From the NCBI GenBank assembly GCA_963674595.2, contig CAXXFV010000006.1, positions 224,001 to 288,000 of the forward strand: DNA of 64,000 nucleotides, in the 5' to 3' direction. Source of the DNA: a bacterium (lineage in GTDB: Bacteria; Zhuqueibacterota; Zhuqueibacteria; Residuimicrobiales; Krinioviventaceae). Below, one piece after another: positions 1 to 10,254 of the stretch. The notes under the pieces are model-generated. The model saw only the letters and a list, made by a program, of their open reading frames with translations, had not been told where the DNA came from and ran no database searches. The first letter of the stretch is position 1. Each line of letters starts with the position of its first letter. A program made the translations under genes and the position numbers.

Positions 1-1462
1 CAACCTGTACATATTTTTCATTCTCTATTGCCAGTCTATGAGGAATTTCAATAGCATCAAATTGGCCGATTATATACGATTCTTCATGAACATAGGGGTC
101 CATGACTGCATATTTGGGATCAAGTTCAGCTCGATTTGAAAAAGTAATTGGTATCAGGGTCATTACCCATCCCCTGGCTCCGCTGCCTTTGGAAAAATGA
201 AAAATCATTTTAGGAGTTTTATTTTTTGCATAATAGAGCCATGACAGGTTAAACATATCCGCCTCAGCACTAGTGACCCATTTGTCCGGGTTTCCATGAC
301 GTACATATATGAGTCCCATATCATCCAATTCTCTTTTTTCAGGTAGTGCATTGGTTTGGTACTCATTGATCAATTCTTGTCCTGCTTTACTTTTAGTTTT
401 CCATTTATGATAAAATTCATATTCTGAGCTGCCGACCACATAACGTCTAAAATTTTTACGTGCAAAAGCTAATCGGTTATAGTGTTCACTCATTCTTTCA
501 TTCAATTCAGTTGATAAAGCAGGATCACGGGACAGCCAAAAGCGTTGATAAAATTGTTCAATCTCTTCCGGTTTTAAGGTCACTAGTTCTTTGTACTCGT
601 TATTATTCATGATGTAACATAGATCAGGATAAAATAAATCCGCATCAGCTTTATCTTTAACAAGTGCCAATGCCTTATTATAATGTTCATTACCCAATTT
701 GTTTTTATTAAGATTAAAATATAGCTTTGCTTTTAAATAATGAAATTGACATTCGGAAATGCCCATGCATTTTGAATCGTATTTATCTAAAATAAAAAGA
801 CTTTGCTGATATTTTTCCAGTGCAAAATATAGCTTTGCCAAATGAAATTGAAATGTACAATTTTTAGGATATTTTTTTATTAAGTTTAAAAGAAAAATTT
901 TTCCGGTTTCTTCTTGGGAATACCAGAAAACACTTTCGAGAAATGTATTAAATAGATCTTTGTCAAAGGGTATATATGAAAATGCTTTTCCTTGTGTTGT
1001 AATTGCTTTATTTATATTTTGACGATTTTTATAAAAATCAGACAAAGCCTTCCATGCAGGCGAAAAACTGGAATCAAGTTCAATGGCTTTTTCATAATAT
1101 TTGGGGGCTGTATATCGTTCGGAAAAATTTCTGTTATTGTTAATTGTTTTTCCCAAATAATAATAGGCCTCTGCAAAATCCGGTTTATGTTTTATAGCTT
1201 TTTTAAAAAGTTTTTTTGCTTCAGGATTTCCGGGTTTTTCCTGCTCTGCTATAATTCCCAGTCCATAATAAGCTTCTGCAATATTTTTATCTGTTTCTAA
1301 AATCTTTTCAAAAGTAACTTTTGCAGAATCAAGTTGCCCGGTTTCTATGTATTTGGTCCCTCTATCATAAAGTGGTTGCCAGGGTTGATGTGAAGAAGAT
1401 TGCGAAATTGGAAGGAGAATAAAAATGATAAATATACCTGTTAAATGATATTTTTTTAACAT
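1..1462 (-). CDS. Secreted TPR + GWxTD-domain protein (3' end runs off the window)
   Basis: Not in the ORF track; translated by hand from ATG at 1462: signal peptide MLKKYHLTGIFIIFILL, TPR units (AEAYYGLG, FAEAYYYLG). In-frame segment FYQRFWLSRDPALSTELNERMSEHYNRLAFARKNF...DDMGLIYVRHGNPD resembles the GWxTD domain. Confidence 0.8.
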   Translation of the reverse strand, partial: MLKKYHLTGIFIIFILLPISQSSSHQPWQPLYDRGTKYIETGQLDSAKVTFEKILETDKNIAEAYYGLGIIAEQEKPGNPEAKKLFKKAIKHKPDFAEAYYYLGKTINNNRNFSERYTAPKYYEKAIELDSSFSPAWKALSDFYKNRQNINKAITTQGKAFSYIPFDKDLFNTFLESVFWYSQEETGKIFLLNLIKKYPKNCTFQFHLAKLYFALEKYQQSLFILDKYDSKCMGISECQFHYLKAKLYFNLNKNKLGNEHYNKALALVKDKADADLFYPDLCYIMNNNEYKELVTLKPEEIEQFYQRFWLSRDPALSTELNERMSEHYNRLAFARKNFRRYVVGSSEYEFYHKWKTKSKAGQELINEYQTNALPEKRELDDMGLIYVRHGNPDKWVTSAEADMFNLSWLYYAKNKTPKMIFHFSKGSGARGWVMTLIPITFSNRAELDPKYAVMDPYVHEESYIIGQFDAIEIPHRLAIENEKYVQV

Positions 1463-1608
1463 CAGAGACTCCTGATTTCAAAACGTCTTTAACATTTAAT
1501 TATACTCTGTTTTTAAGACGCCGTTTTCCCAATTACTGTTTACATTTTGTTTTTTTGAACAACAGATCATTTAGCATTTTGTAATCGAATTTCATTTAAT
1601 TTTTCAAG

Positions 1609-3132
1609 TTATTTTAGCACCAAAAGTTTTTTCATCAATGTCTGATTTCCCGTTTTAAGTATATAAAAATAAACACCGGATGTTAATTCCCGGCTTGATA
1701 ATTTTATTGAATGCACACCTTTTGATTGATTTCCGGAGTATAATATTTGGAGTTTTTCACCAATAATGTTATATAGTGATAATTCAATTGGTTGTGATTT
1801 TGGAAGGTAGTAATTTATAATCGTACTGGAATTAAAGGGATTCGGATGGTTTTGCAATAACCTGAAATCTGTTGATACTATCTGCTTGTCTGATTGCTCA
1901 ACATCTACACCAACTTTTATAAAATTTATTTTGAGATAAATATCTGATTGTTTACCATCAAACTCTTCCCAACTCTGAACAAAATATTGATTGTTAAAAC
2001 CCGACATTGCCAGATTTGGGACACTGTTTTCTGTTGAATGAAAAAGTTCAGAGTACCAAGGATCTTGACATCTATTTAAATGCGTAACACCTTGTTGCTT
2101 ATATGAATAGAAATAATAAGGACTAAATGTAATAACACAGCCGCCAGGTAGTAAACTGTTTGATATAAATTTAAAATCAGATTCAGGTTGACTAAAAAAG
2201 CTATTTAAAGGTCCAATGTTTATGGAATCTTGCTGGAACGTAATAGATGCGCCAAGAAATTTATTTTCATCAACCCAGTTTAACAACATGATTGGTTTTT
2301 CAGCACAATCATAATGGAAATTCAAACATGCTTGAGAAATATTTCCATGGATTTTAAGTAAGGAATATGGGCCTTTCCACGTTGTACTGTCTTTTGGTAA
2401 AATCATTAATTTAACTGATAATGAATCATCCGGTCCTTTTTCTTCAAACAAAAGCCAAATATTTTCAAACCAATCGATTCTGGCGCTCAATGCTTTAACT
2501 GAATCCTGAAAAGTATATATTGTTTTTATATTGTGCCATTGAAAATTATTAAATTCTGCGGTATAGATAAAGCTGTCCGACACCCAGAACAGGCGGTTCA
2601 ATGAATCGCTCTTGTCTTCGGCATCAAGAGCATCCATCGTAGTAAAAACTGGTAGAGAAGCTGTTGTTTGTCCGAAATTCAGTTTTTGGGCCGGGAGCCA
2701 TTGATCATTATAAAGCCGGGTATACATCAGACAACTCGAATCAGCGTCACTTTCAATCCAAACAGCAACCGGATTTAACAGATAATTTTCCAAAAGAGGA
2801 CTGGAACGTTTTTTTTGAACGGTGGTATCTGAAAGAATTTGTTTCTCAGTTATTTGATAGTCTTGATTATAGTACAGTTTAAAGTTGCGGGCAATAACTT
2901 TGTCATTTTCAGTGGAGGTTTCTATGTATGTCAACCAAATTGGATGAGTATTTGGATCAAGAGAGCGCCACTCATGACTGAGTAAACCATCGTACCAGAA
3001 ATGGGTGAGATAGGGAGAGTGTTCATGTAACAATGAGTCATTGGCAGCAGGAACAACAGGATAAGAACTTGTTGCGAACGCCATACCTGTTGTCATCAAG
3101 ATTACTGCAAAGAAAAAGATTTTCGTTTTCAT
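1609..3132 (-). CDS. Secreted protein with T9SS-like/FlgD-Ig C-terminal sorting domain
   Basis: Signal peptide; C-terminus FRLLQNHPNPFNSSTIINY...LTSGVYFYIL...KKLLVLK. Confidence 0.85.
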   Translation of the reverse strand: MKTKIFFFAVILMTTGMAFATSSYPVVPAANDSLLHEHSPYLTHFWYDGLLSHEWRSLDPNTHPIWLTYIETSTENDKVIARNFKLYYNQDYQITEKQILSDTTVQKKRSSPLLENYLLNPVAVWIESDADSSCLMYTRLYNDQWLPAQKLNFGQTTASLPVFTTMDALDAEDKSDSLNRLFWVSDSFIYTAEFNNFQWHNIKTIYTFQDSVKALSARIDWFENIWLLFEEKGPDDSLSVKLMILPKDSTTWKGPYSLLKIHGNISQACLNFHYDCAEKPIMLLNWVDENKFLGASITFQQDSINIGPLNSFFSQPESDFKFISNSLLPGGCVITFSPYYFYSYKQQGVTHLNRCQDPWYSELFHSTENSVPNLAMSGFNNQYFVQSWEEFDGKQSDIYLKINFIKVGVDVEQSDKQIVSTDFRLLQNHPNPFNSSTIINYYLPKSQPIELSLYNIIGEKLQILYSGNQSKGVHSIKLSSRELTSGVYFYILKTGNQTLMKKLLVLK

Positions 3133-3176
3133 TTTGCATACCCCTTTTTTTGTTTTAACTTTTTACATTTATTCAA

Positions 3177-4373
3177 TCACAATTTTTCATAGTCAAAAAT
3201 ATATGTCTGTGTTTTTCCAAAAGTAAAGTTCCAGACTATTTTTGTTAAATTTTGATTTTCATCATAACTGAAATCTATTTCAGCATCAAATCCGTCTTTA
3301 CCCTTAAAATGGCCTTTGTTCAGGTTTCCGTTGTCATGACAGGTAAAATTAATGGTACCGGAAAGCCATGTATCAAAATTGTCCCAATAGGCCCTGATTA
3401 ATCTCGAATTTTCATCATATTCATACATTTCGTTTCCGGTCACGCCGTCGGTGCGTTTAAAAGACCTTTTAATCAGTTTCACGTTTTTATTATACTCGTA
3501 GGTGAATATACCGCACAAACCATTTGAATATTGCCGATAGGACTTGATCAGTCTTCCCAGATGATCGTACAGATAATTTGTTTCTGTATGGAAATTATCC
3601 GATCGTTCAAATCGTTTTTTGACAAGTTTGTTATTTTCATAATAATAATAGGAGGGACCGCCGGTTTTTCCGGCATAATCATATTGTTCTTTGCTGACCC
3701 GGAATTTATCGTTTTGAGAAATAAATACATTTGAACCGGTATAATGAACCGGTCCCTGCCGGCATTTTTCATAGACGTATTCAAAGGTTTGGCCCCACTT
3801 GCCGTTAAAATCCCAGTGCTCTTTTATAAGTAGTCCGTTTTCATTATAGCTGTATAAAATTACGCCGGTATTTTTGCCTTTTTGTTCAATGATTGCTTTT
3901 TGTTGATTACCTTCATTATCGTAGACATACGTCAGTTCACCGTAAAACCACCCGTTCAGGCCCATACAATGAGCTTTAAGCAGTTTTCCGTTGTTATCAT
4001 ATTTATAGGTTGTTTTGCCGGTAATGCTGTCGGAACGCTGAAAATGGCGGGCTGTCATGTTACCATTATCATCAAATTCAAATCTTTGAACAGATATTAA
4101 ACTGTCGGAAAATTCACGATATTTTTCAATGATATTGCCCTTTTCATCATGACGATAAAAATTGATTGAGGCCCGGCTGCCGTCTTCAAGTTCCCATATT
4201 GCTTTTTCCAGGACCCCCTCATCATTATAATCAAATGTGGTAACTCCGTTTTCGCCGCTTGTGTTTACGTAATAAAGCTGGAATAATTGATATTCCGGGT
4301 TGTGCGGGTTTTTACAAAAAAGAAAAGATGACAGAGCTAAAAGGAGAATTAAAAAACAGCTATTTTTTTTCAT
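3177..4373 (-). CDS. YD/RHS-like repeat lipoprotein built from two tandem ~170-aa units
   Basis: Signal ending FLFC; repeated Y-x-Y-D/N-x-x-G-x-L motifs; the two halves align (FQRSDSITG/FKRTDGVTG; WDFNGKWGQTFEYVYEK/WNFTFGKTQTYIFDYEK). Confidence 0.75.
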   Translation of the reverse strand: MKKNSCFLILLLALSSFLFCKNPHNPEYQLFQLYYVNTSGENGVTTFDYNDEGVLEKAIWELEDGSRASINFYRHDEKGNIIEKYREFSDSLISVQRFEFDDNGNMTARHFQRSDSITGKTTYKYDNNGKLLKAHCMGLNGWFYGELTYVYDNEGNQQKAIIEQKGKNTGVILYSYNENGLLIKEHWDFNGKWGQTFEYVYEKCRQGPVHYTGSNVFISQNDKFRVSKEQYDYAGKTGGPSYYYYENNKLVKKRFERSDNFHTETNYLYDHLGRLIKSYRQYSNGLCGIFTYEYNKNVKLIKRSFKRTDGVTGNEMYEYDENSRLIRAYWDNFDTWLSGTINFTCHDNGNLNKGHFKGKDGFDAEIDFSYDENQNLTKIVWNFTFGKTQTYIFDYEKL

Positions 4374-4448
4374 AATGTGTCCCGGGAATTGGTTGGTATG
4401 TTTAAATGATCTTGATCAGTTGTTTTGTAATTTTAAAAAGTAACTATT

Positions 4449-5093
4449 CTATTTAATCACAACGCCCCATTCCGCAACTGTAAAACCTAACCTTTCAAAT
4501 TGATCGATTTGCGGGCATTGTAAAGAATAGCTCTCATCTACCGTTTTAATAATGTAAAACAATCTCAGGATTGAATTCGGTTTAATTGAAAAATTGAGTT
4601 TTATTATTTGTTCAATGGTTTGTTCTGTTTGAGGATAGATGGCAAACATGTTGGAGTTGTTTAACAAGGGTATCCAATAAGTGATAAAATCCTTAATTTC
4701 TTTTTCATTAAAACCGTATTCCGTCATATTTTCCGTGAAAAAGTTTGTTAACTGCTCCTTTTCGATGATCCAGCCATATTGATATTGATAAAGATCGGGC
4801 GTCAGACTTTCGTAAAACAGATATTCAAATTCCTTATCAATAAGCCCGGATTCATCTACAAATATATCCCAGCCGGTTTTATAGGGTGGTATGGATTCTG
4901 TTATTTCTCCGCCATTCGGAAAGGAAATGTTTACTGTCAGGTTTATCGGTTCTGGAGGATAAATGTAAATGTTGGGTTTTCTTACATGTTCACCAAAGTG
5001 GCAACATGTATCGTTGTATTCAAACGGAGAAAAATCTTTTTCGCAATTAAGTAAAAATAAAAACGCTAATAAAGAGAACATCTGTTTTTTCAT
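4449..5093 (-). CDS. Conserved hypothetical lipoprotein (KPxIYxYP...EWG family)
   Basis: Lipobox LLNC; motifs KPNIYIYP, YLFYE, DFITYW, C-terminal VAEWGV. Confidence 0.75.
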   Translation of the reverse strand: MKKQMFSLLAFLFLLNCEKDFSPFEYNDTCCHFGEHVRKPNIYIYPPEPINLTVNISFPNGGEITESIPPYKTGWDIFVDESGLIDKEFEYLFYESLTPDLYQYQYGWIIEKEQLTNFFTENMTEYGFNEKEIKDFITYWIPLLNNSNMFAIYPQTEQTIEQIIKLNFSIKPNSILRLFYIIKTVDESYSLQCPQIDQFERLGFTVAEWGVVIK

Positions 5094-5350
5094 AATCTTA
5101 ACCCCAATTGTTTAGTGATTATGTTACATAAAGACTATTTATAGTGTTATTAGTGTATCTAAAATAACAGAATTTTAGTAAATTAAATTCAGTTTGTTTT
5201 TGTATAGTCAACAACCCATATTTATAAGTATGATAGCCGGTTTTGTATTTTGAAAATCCCGATTGCATAAAAATCGAACCATTAATGAATAATACAAATT
5301 AAATAAAATCATGGCAAGTTATTTTTACTAATACACTTTTCCAAAAGAGT

Positions 5351-5977
5351 TTAATCGGACTTGACATTTCCGTTTTCATCAAACTCGATTGTTTTGCCTT
5401 TTTTAAACGTTTTGCCGTTTGTTTGATAATCTCCGGCCAGTTTGCATTTTTTAATCTTTCCGTTTTCATATAAATTGACATTAACCAGCAGGCTTGCATC
5501 ACAATAAACACTATCGACCATAACGTTTTCAGACGGAAAAAAACTGCGCAATTTCCCGCTTTCGTAAAATCCGGTATGAGTACCTTTGTAACCGCCGCTG
5601 CCGCCGCAGAGATAACCCTGTACCTGATAGTCATGGGGGAAAGAGCAAATATATCCGGTTCGTCCTTCTTGAAAAGGAAAATGGATCCATGTATGGGCCG
5701 GAAGAAGAGTGCCCTTGTACATAAAATCCTGGCTCAACTGAAAAGAGAGCAATTCCCAGTTTTTATTAAAATGTATCCAACCTTTTTCACAGGGAAATTC
5801 CTGAATATTAAGGTTATCAGGCATATACCCCATGTAATTTCCTGCTCCGGATTGAGAAATTTTTTTAAAATAGATACCGTTTTTTTGGATGTTATATTCC
5901 CAATGTTTGCAGTTGTTCAAAAAAATCAAAATCATGAAAAAGAGGGTGATCCGTATTAACAGTTTTATATTTTTCAA
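5351..5977 (-). CDS. Hypothetical lipoprotein with MORN-variant/YwqK-like repeats
   Basis: Signal ending LNNC; repeated FYESGKL, LYENGKI, FDENGNV units. Confidence 0.65.
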   Translation of the reverse strand: MKNIKLLIRITLFFMILIFLNNCKHWEYNIQKNGIYFKKISQSGAGNYMGYMPDNLNIQEFPCEKGWIHFNKNWELLSFQLSQDFMYKGTLLPAHTWIHFPFQEGRTGYICSFPHDYQVQGYLCGGSGGYKGTHTGFYESGKLRSFFPSENVMVDSVYCDASLLVNVNLYENGKIKKCKLAGDYQTNGKTFKKGKTIEFDENGNVKSD

Positions 5978-6028
5978 TGTATTAACCTCAATATTTTGTA
6001 TAGAATTTTGTGTAAAAACAGTTTGTAC

Positions 6029-6916
6029 CTATTCTGTTTTTAGCATATCTTTTAATATTTTACTGCTGACCCAATAGTACTGCCCTTTACTCATAAAGAT
6101 GATATATTTCCCGTCCGGTGTTAGTGAAGGGAAATTACTTGTTTGGTCAAAATTTATTATTTTATTCAGGTTATGTGGTTCCGACCAGACATCATTCTCG
6201 TTACGAAAACTAACATAAATTCTCTGGTCCTGTTCATTTTCACCGGGTCGTGATGATGAAAACAACAGAAAAGATTCATCCGGAGCAATAAAAGGGGTAT
6301 AATCTATATATTTAGAGTTGATGGTTTCCGGTAATAGTTCCGGTGTTTCATATTGACCATTTTGATAGCGTGATCTGAAAATTCCACGGTTCCATGTTAA
6401 GCCTTCATGTACACCGGTAAAATAGAGTGTGCCGCTGTTTGTTAGTGTCGGTTGAGATTCCATTTTATCAGAGTTTGGCGGTGAACCCAGGTTTTGTTTA
6501 GAACCCCATCCGGAGTCATTTTTTTCAACATACCAGATATCCAGACTTCCATAACCTGTCGAGTCGAATAATTGAAAATAGAGTTTTTGGCCGTTTGTTG
6601 ACAGAAACGGCGCTTGAATATTTGTCTGGGAAAAAGCTGTCTTTTTGGGGGTGGACCATACATTGTCTTTAAATTCCATATATAATATTTGTGGCGGAAT
6701 GACAGGCCAGTAAACCTGCTTGCCGTCCGGCGTAAAGCTTGGAAAACCGTGTATTCTTTGTTTTTGATGAGAGAAAAAATCGGGAGCCAGCAATTGCGGT
6801 GTGCTGTCAGGCGGCTTTTGACTAAAATAGGGGAGGGACTTTGACGGTGCCGGTCTGTTACATTGGATCGTCACTAAAAAGGAAAATATAAACGGGATAA
6901 TTAATATTTTTCGCAC
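6029..6916 (-). CDS. PD40 (TolB/WD40-like) beta-propeller lipoprotein
   Basis: PSFTPDGKQVY, PFIAPDESFLLFSSSR, PSLTPDGKYIIF repeats; signal ending IQC. Confidence 0.85.
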   Translation of the reverse strand: MRKILIIPFIFSFLVTIQCNRPAPSKSLPYFSQKPPDSTPQLLAPDFFSHQKQRIHGFPSFTPDGKQVYWPVIPPQILYMEFKDNVWSTPKKTAFSQTNIQAPFLSTNGQKLYFQLFDSTGYGSLDIWYVEKNDSGWGSKQNLGSPPNSDKMESQPTLTNSGTLYFTGVHEGLTWNRGIFRSRYQNGQYETPELLPETINSKYIDYTPFIAPDESFLLFSSSRPGENEQDQRIYVSFRNENDVWSEPHNLNKIINFDQTSNFPSLTPDGKYIIFMSKGQYYWVSSKILKDMLKTE

Positions 6917-7034
6917 AGAGATATCCTTTCCAGTTTTTTTTAAACGTATGATTCTGGTTTACGTAATTGTTCCGGTAATGTTACTCTGGTTTTGAATATT
7001 ATATTTATTTACCTGTAAATTAAATTAGAGTTGT

Positions 7035-7835
7035 TTACAGTTTTTTCCACAACTGCAATACGGCACTTTCATTCAACCTTTTTAACCGGTTCTTTTTCAG
7101 ATTCTCCCGAACAATTTTTCGTATTATTGGATTATTAATAGTTATTAAATGATCAAGATAATCGAATCCCTGTTCTTTATTTCCCAGGATGATGACACTT
7201 AATGTATAGCATAGTCCTTTAACCAGGGCTTTATATTCGGGTGTTTTAATATCTTTTTCGTTCCCTACTTTTTCTATAATAATTTTGTGAATTAAAAAGG
7301 CAGCTTGTGCAATCTGCGGGTCCTTCATCAAATAGGGTTCTGCCAGTCCGGCAGCGACTGCCCGATACACAAAATAGTTCTCATCTTCCAGCCATTTATT
7401 TAACTGTTCCAGTGTTTGTGACGAGTCTACAGCTACAATTTCCTGGATTGCCATTGCAACAGCTTCCCGGATTCGCCATCTGTCATCCTGAGCATTTTTT
7501 CTTAATAGCAGCAATATTTCATTTCTGCGATTAAAATCGATTTTAGCGATTCGGCCTAATCCGACAATTCCGCAAAAAGGTAAAAATTCTTCATTTCCAA
7601 TTTTCGCTTTGCGTGCCGGGTTTTCATTAACCAGTCTGAGGCAGTTATTAAAAGCGGCTTCTTTAGCAGGAAGATAGATTTTTTCAATATAATCTCTAAA
7701 CGAAAACGCCAGTTCCAGATTACCTCTTTTTCCCGGCAAGTTTGAATTTTCAAGCAGGTAATTTTCCAGTTCTTTTTCAACAAGAGTATATTTTTTAAAT
7801 TCGTCAAGATAGATTTCTTTTTTACTGTTAGCCAT
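7035..7835 (-). CDS. HEAT-repeat protein (DNA-alkylation-repair/AlkD-like fold), function unknown
   Basis: SNLPGKRGNLELA motif; HEAT unit DDRWRIREAVAMAIQ; IVRENLKKNRL. Confidence 0.7.
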   Translation of the reverse strand: MANSKKEIYLDEFKKYTLVEKELENYLLENSNLPGKRGNLELAFSFRDYIEKIYLPAKEAAFNNCLRLVNENPARKAKIGNEEFLPFCGIVGLGRIAKIDFNRRNEILLLLRKNAQDDRWRIREAVAMAIQEIVAVDSSQTLEQLNKWLEDENYFVYRAVAAGLAEPYLMKDPQIAQAAFLIHKIIIEKVGNEKDIKTPEYKALVKGLCYTLSVIILGNKEQGFDYLDHLITINNPIIRKIVRENLKKNRLKRLNESAVLQLWKKL

Positions 7836-7883
7836 ATTTTATTCTTTTGTTTTTAAGAGCCAGGTGTTATAAAAAATTATCTG

Positions 7884-10150
7884 TTAGTTTTGAAAACACA
7901 TTTTGTTTGGTTTGTCTCGCATTTCAAAAATAATTTTTCCGCCTTTGGTTATTTCCGAATGTGTCATCCAGGATTCTGTTAAATTTCTGATAAAATTACC
8001 ATTTGAATCATACAATTTAGCGGATTGTATATAAATATTTTTAGCGGATACATTAGGAGCTTCTATTACAAATGTTTTACCGGTATAAATCTTTCTGTTC
8101 AAATTGATCTCAACTTTTTAAAAATGGGCGCCGTGATTTGATAAACAGGTTGTCCGGGACATATCTGATAAAGTCCGATACTGCTAAGATTGTACCATGC
8201 CGCCATACAACCATAATCACCGTCCATCTCTTCAAGGTAGCCGTCCGGAGTGGTTTTGTAAATACGATCAAAAATAGGTGTTTTGAAAAAGTTATGTGTG
8301 CCGTAGCGTTGGACCATTGGTTCAGTGAGAATTTTCCGTACCCATTTTTGCGTCAACCAGGGTGCGCCGGCAAAATTAAACAAAAAAGGTGTATGCAGGT
8401 CAATTTGGTTGCCGGCTGTATACAGATCATTGTTGAAAAAATAGTCAAGCTTGTTAATGAAATTTTCCCGACCGCCAAAAAGTTCAATCATTCCATTCAC
8501 ATCATGAACCGCGTTCCAGCGCCAGTGCCATTTGCTGCCTTCATAGGTGTATTTTTCACGATTCACCGTAGGATCGTCCGGAAAGTCCAGCCAGGTACCG
8601 TCTGCTGCACGCGCACGATTAAATTTAATGGACGGGTCCCAGGTGTTCTTCCAATATTGGGCGCGTTTCATAAAATAATTATAGTCACTTTCATTACCTA
8701 TACCCCTGGCGGCTTGAGCAACACACCAACTGTCCCAACTGTATTCGCCGGTTTGGTCCGGTCTGGCAGGGATATAACCAATTTTATCATATTTCTCAGG
8801 CATTTGCACCAAAGCTTCCCGCCGCAAATAGGGATAGACAGAGTTCATGTCCACATTATCAATACCTTTCACCCAGGCGTCTGTCATTACCATCAACATG
8901 TGTTCATGTCGACACGTGCCGTAAGGCTGATAACCATTAACACCCCGATTTAAAAACAGGTAGCCGTGTGGAGCGTGGTCACAATCCGGGAAGGGTTTCC
9001 AGTTATCGGCCTGCTGATAAATGTCATAAAGCGAATGATAAACATTTTGGTAAACATCGGGAAAAGCCAGGCTGTAAAGCGGGTATTTGGTGCGAAATGA
9101 ATCCCAAAAGGCATAATCATCAAAATGGATATACCCTTTAGCTTTATGTACTTGTTCATCGAGTCCGGGATACGAACCGTCCACATCTGTAATAATCACC
9201 GGTAAAAAGCATGTATGGTACAAAGCTGTATAAAAAATTGTTTTATACTCTTTATCACCTTCTACCATAATAGTGCTCAATCTGCTGTTCCACTGTTTCT
9301 TTGCATCTTGACGACATTTAATAAAATCCCAATGATCAAGTTCTGCCGCCAGATTAATTTTTGCATTTTCCAGGCTTGTTAATGAAACACCCACCTTCAC
9401 AAGTAAGGGTTGTGTGCTTTTTTCAAATTCGAGAATCAGCCCGCCTTTCCCGTCCAATTTGTCGGTATCGGTCATTTCATTGTTTTGAAAAACAGAAATA
9501 CTTTTTATCGGATCATTAAATTGCATGATAAAATAAGTATTTGATGGACCTCTTTTCAGAAATCCGGACAATTGTGTCGAGTCATCCTGTTCAACATCAA
9601 GTCCACTGGTGCGCTGCCAATTTCCCGGATTGATATATAATTTTCTTGATGAATCGGATGGGAACGTATAACTGTGAAACCCGGCATGAACAGTTGCCGT
9701 CAACTGCACCAAAATATGGTTTTCCAGTTCAACCTCATAATAGCCGGGTTGTGCTTTTTGGTTTTTTTTGTCAAATTTTTCTACTGGATTTGTAAAATCC
9801 ATTTTATTGTTGGCTTTTGTAAATGGAAAGATAGAGAGTAGTCCTGCACGGTCTTTAATGCCGCCACCGCCGGAACTGCCTTTGCGAAAATGACTGAAAC
9901 CGCGAACATGGTCGTCGCTATAGTTGTAACCGCTATGTGCAAAATCTCCATTACCTGTCAGACTGCTGGGCCAGCTATCCGGACCCAGTTTAACCAGTCC
10001 AAATGGTACCAACGCCGAAGGATGCCATTGTCCGTGATCACCCTGGGTGCAAATAAACGGATCGACAAAATCTGCCGGTGTATTATTTGTTTCGAGTGAA
10101 CTACATGCAAAAAACATTAAAAGAACAAATACAGGTAATTTAAATTTCAT
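7884..10150 (-). CDS. GH92 alpha-mannosidase family protein, split by a 1-nt deletion near 8115-8119
   Basis: PFGLVKLGPD, FYTALYH, WDSFRT, GNQIDLH, DYGCMAAWY...GLYQICPG motifs. Adding one A joins ORF 8099..10150 to 7884..8102 (PIFKKVEINLNRKIY), giving ~755 aa. Confidence 0.85.
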
Positions 10151-10254
10151 AGTATACTCGCGATTTTAATATTAACTTGATGATCACATTTTATAAACAA
10201 CAAATAAACTGATTTATTGAATAGGGGATATCTATTCATTATTATTGTCTGTTT

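Noticed and set aside
8138-8953. 271-aa plus-strand ORF
   Set aside because: Antisense shadow of GH92 with no recognisable motifs
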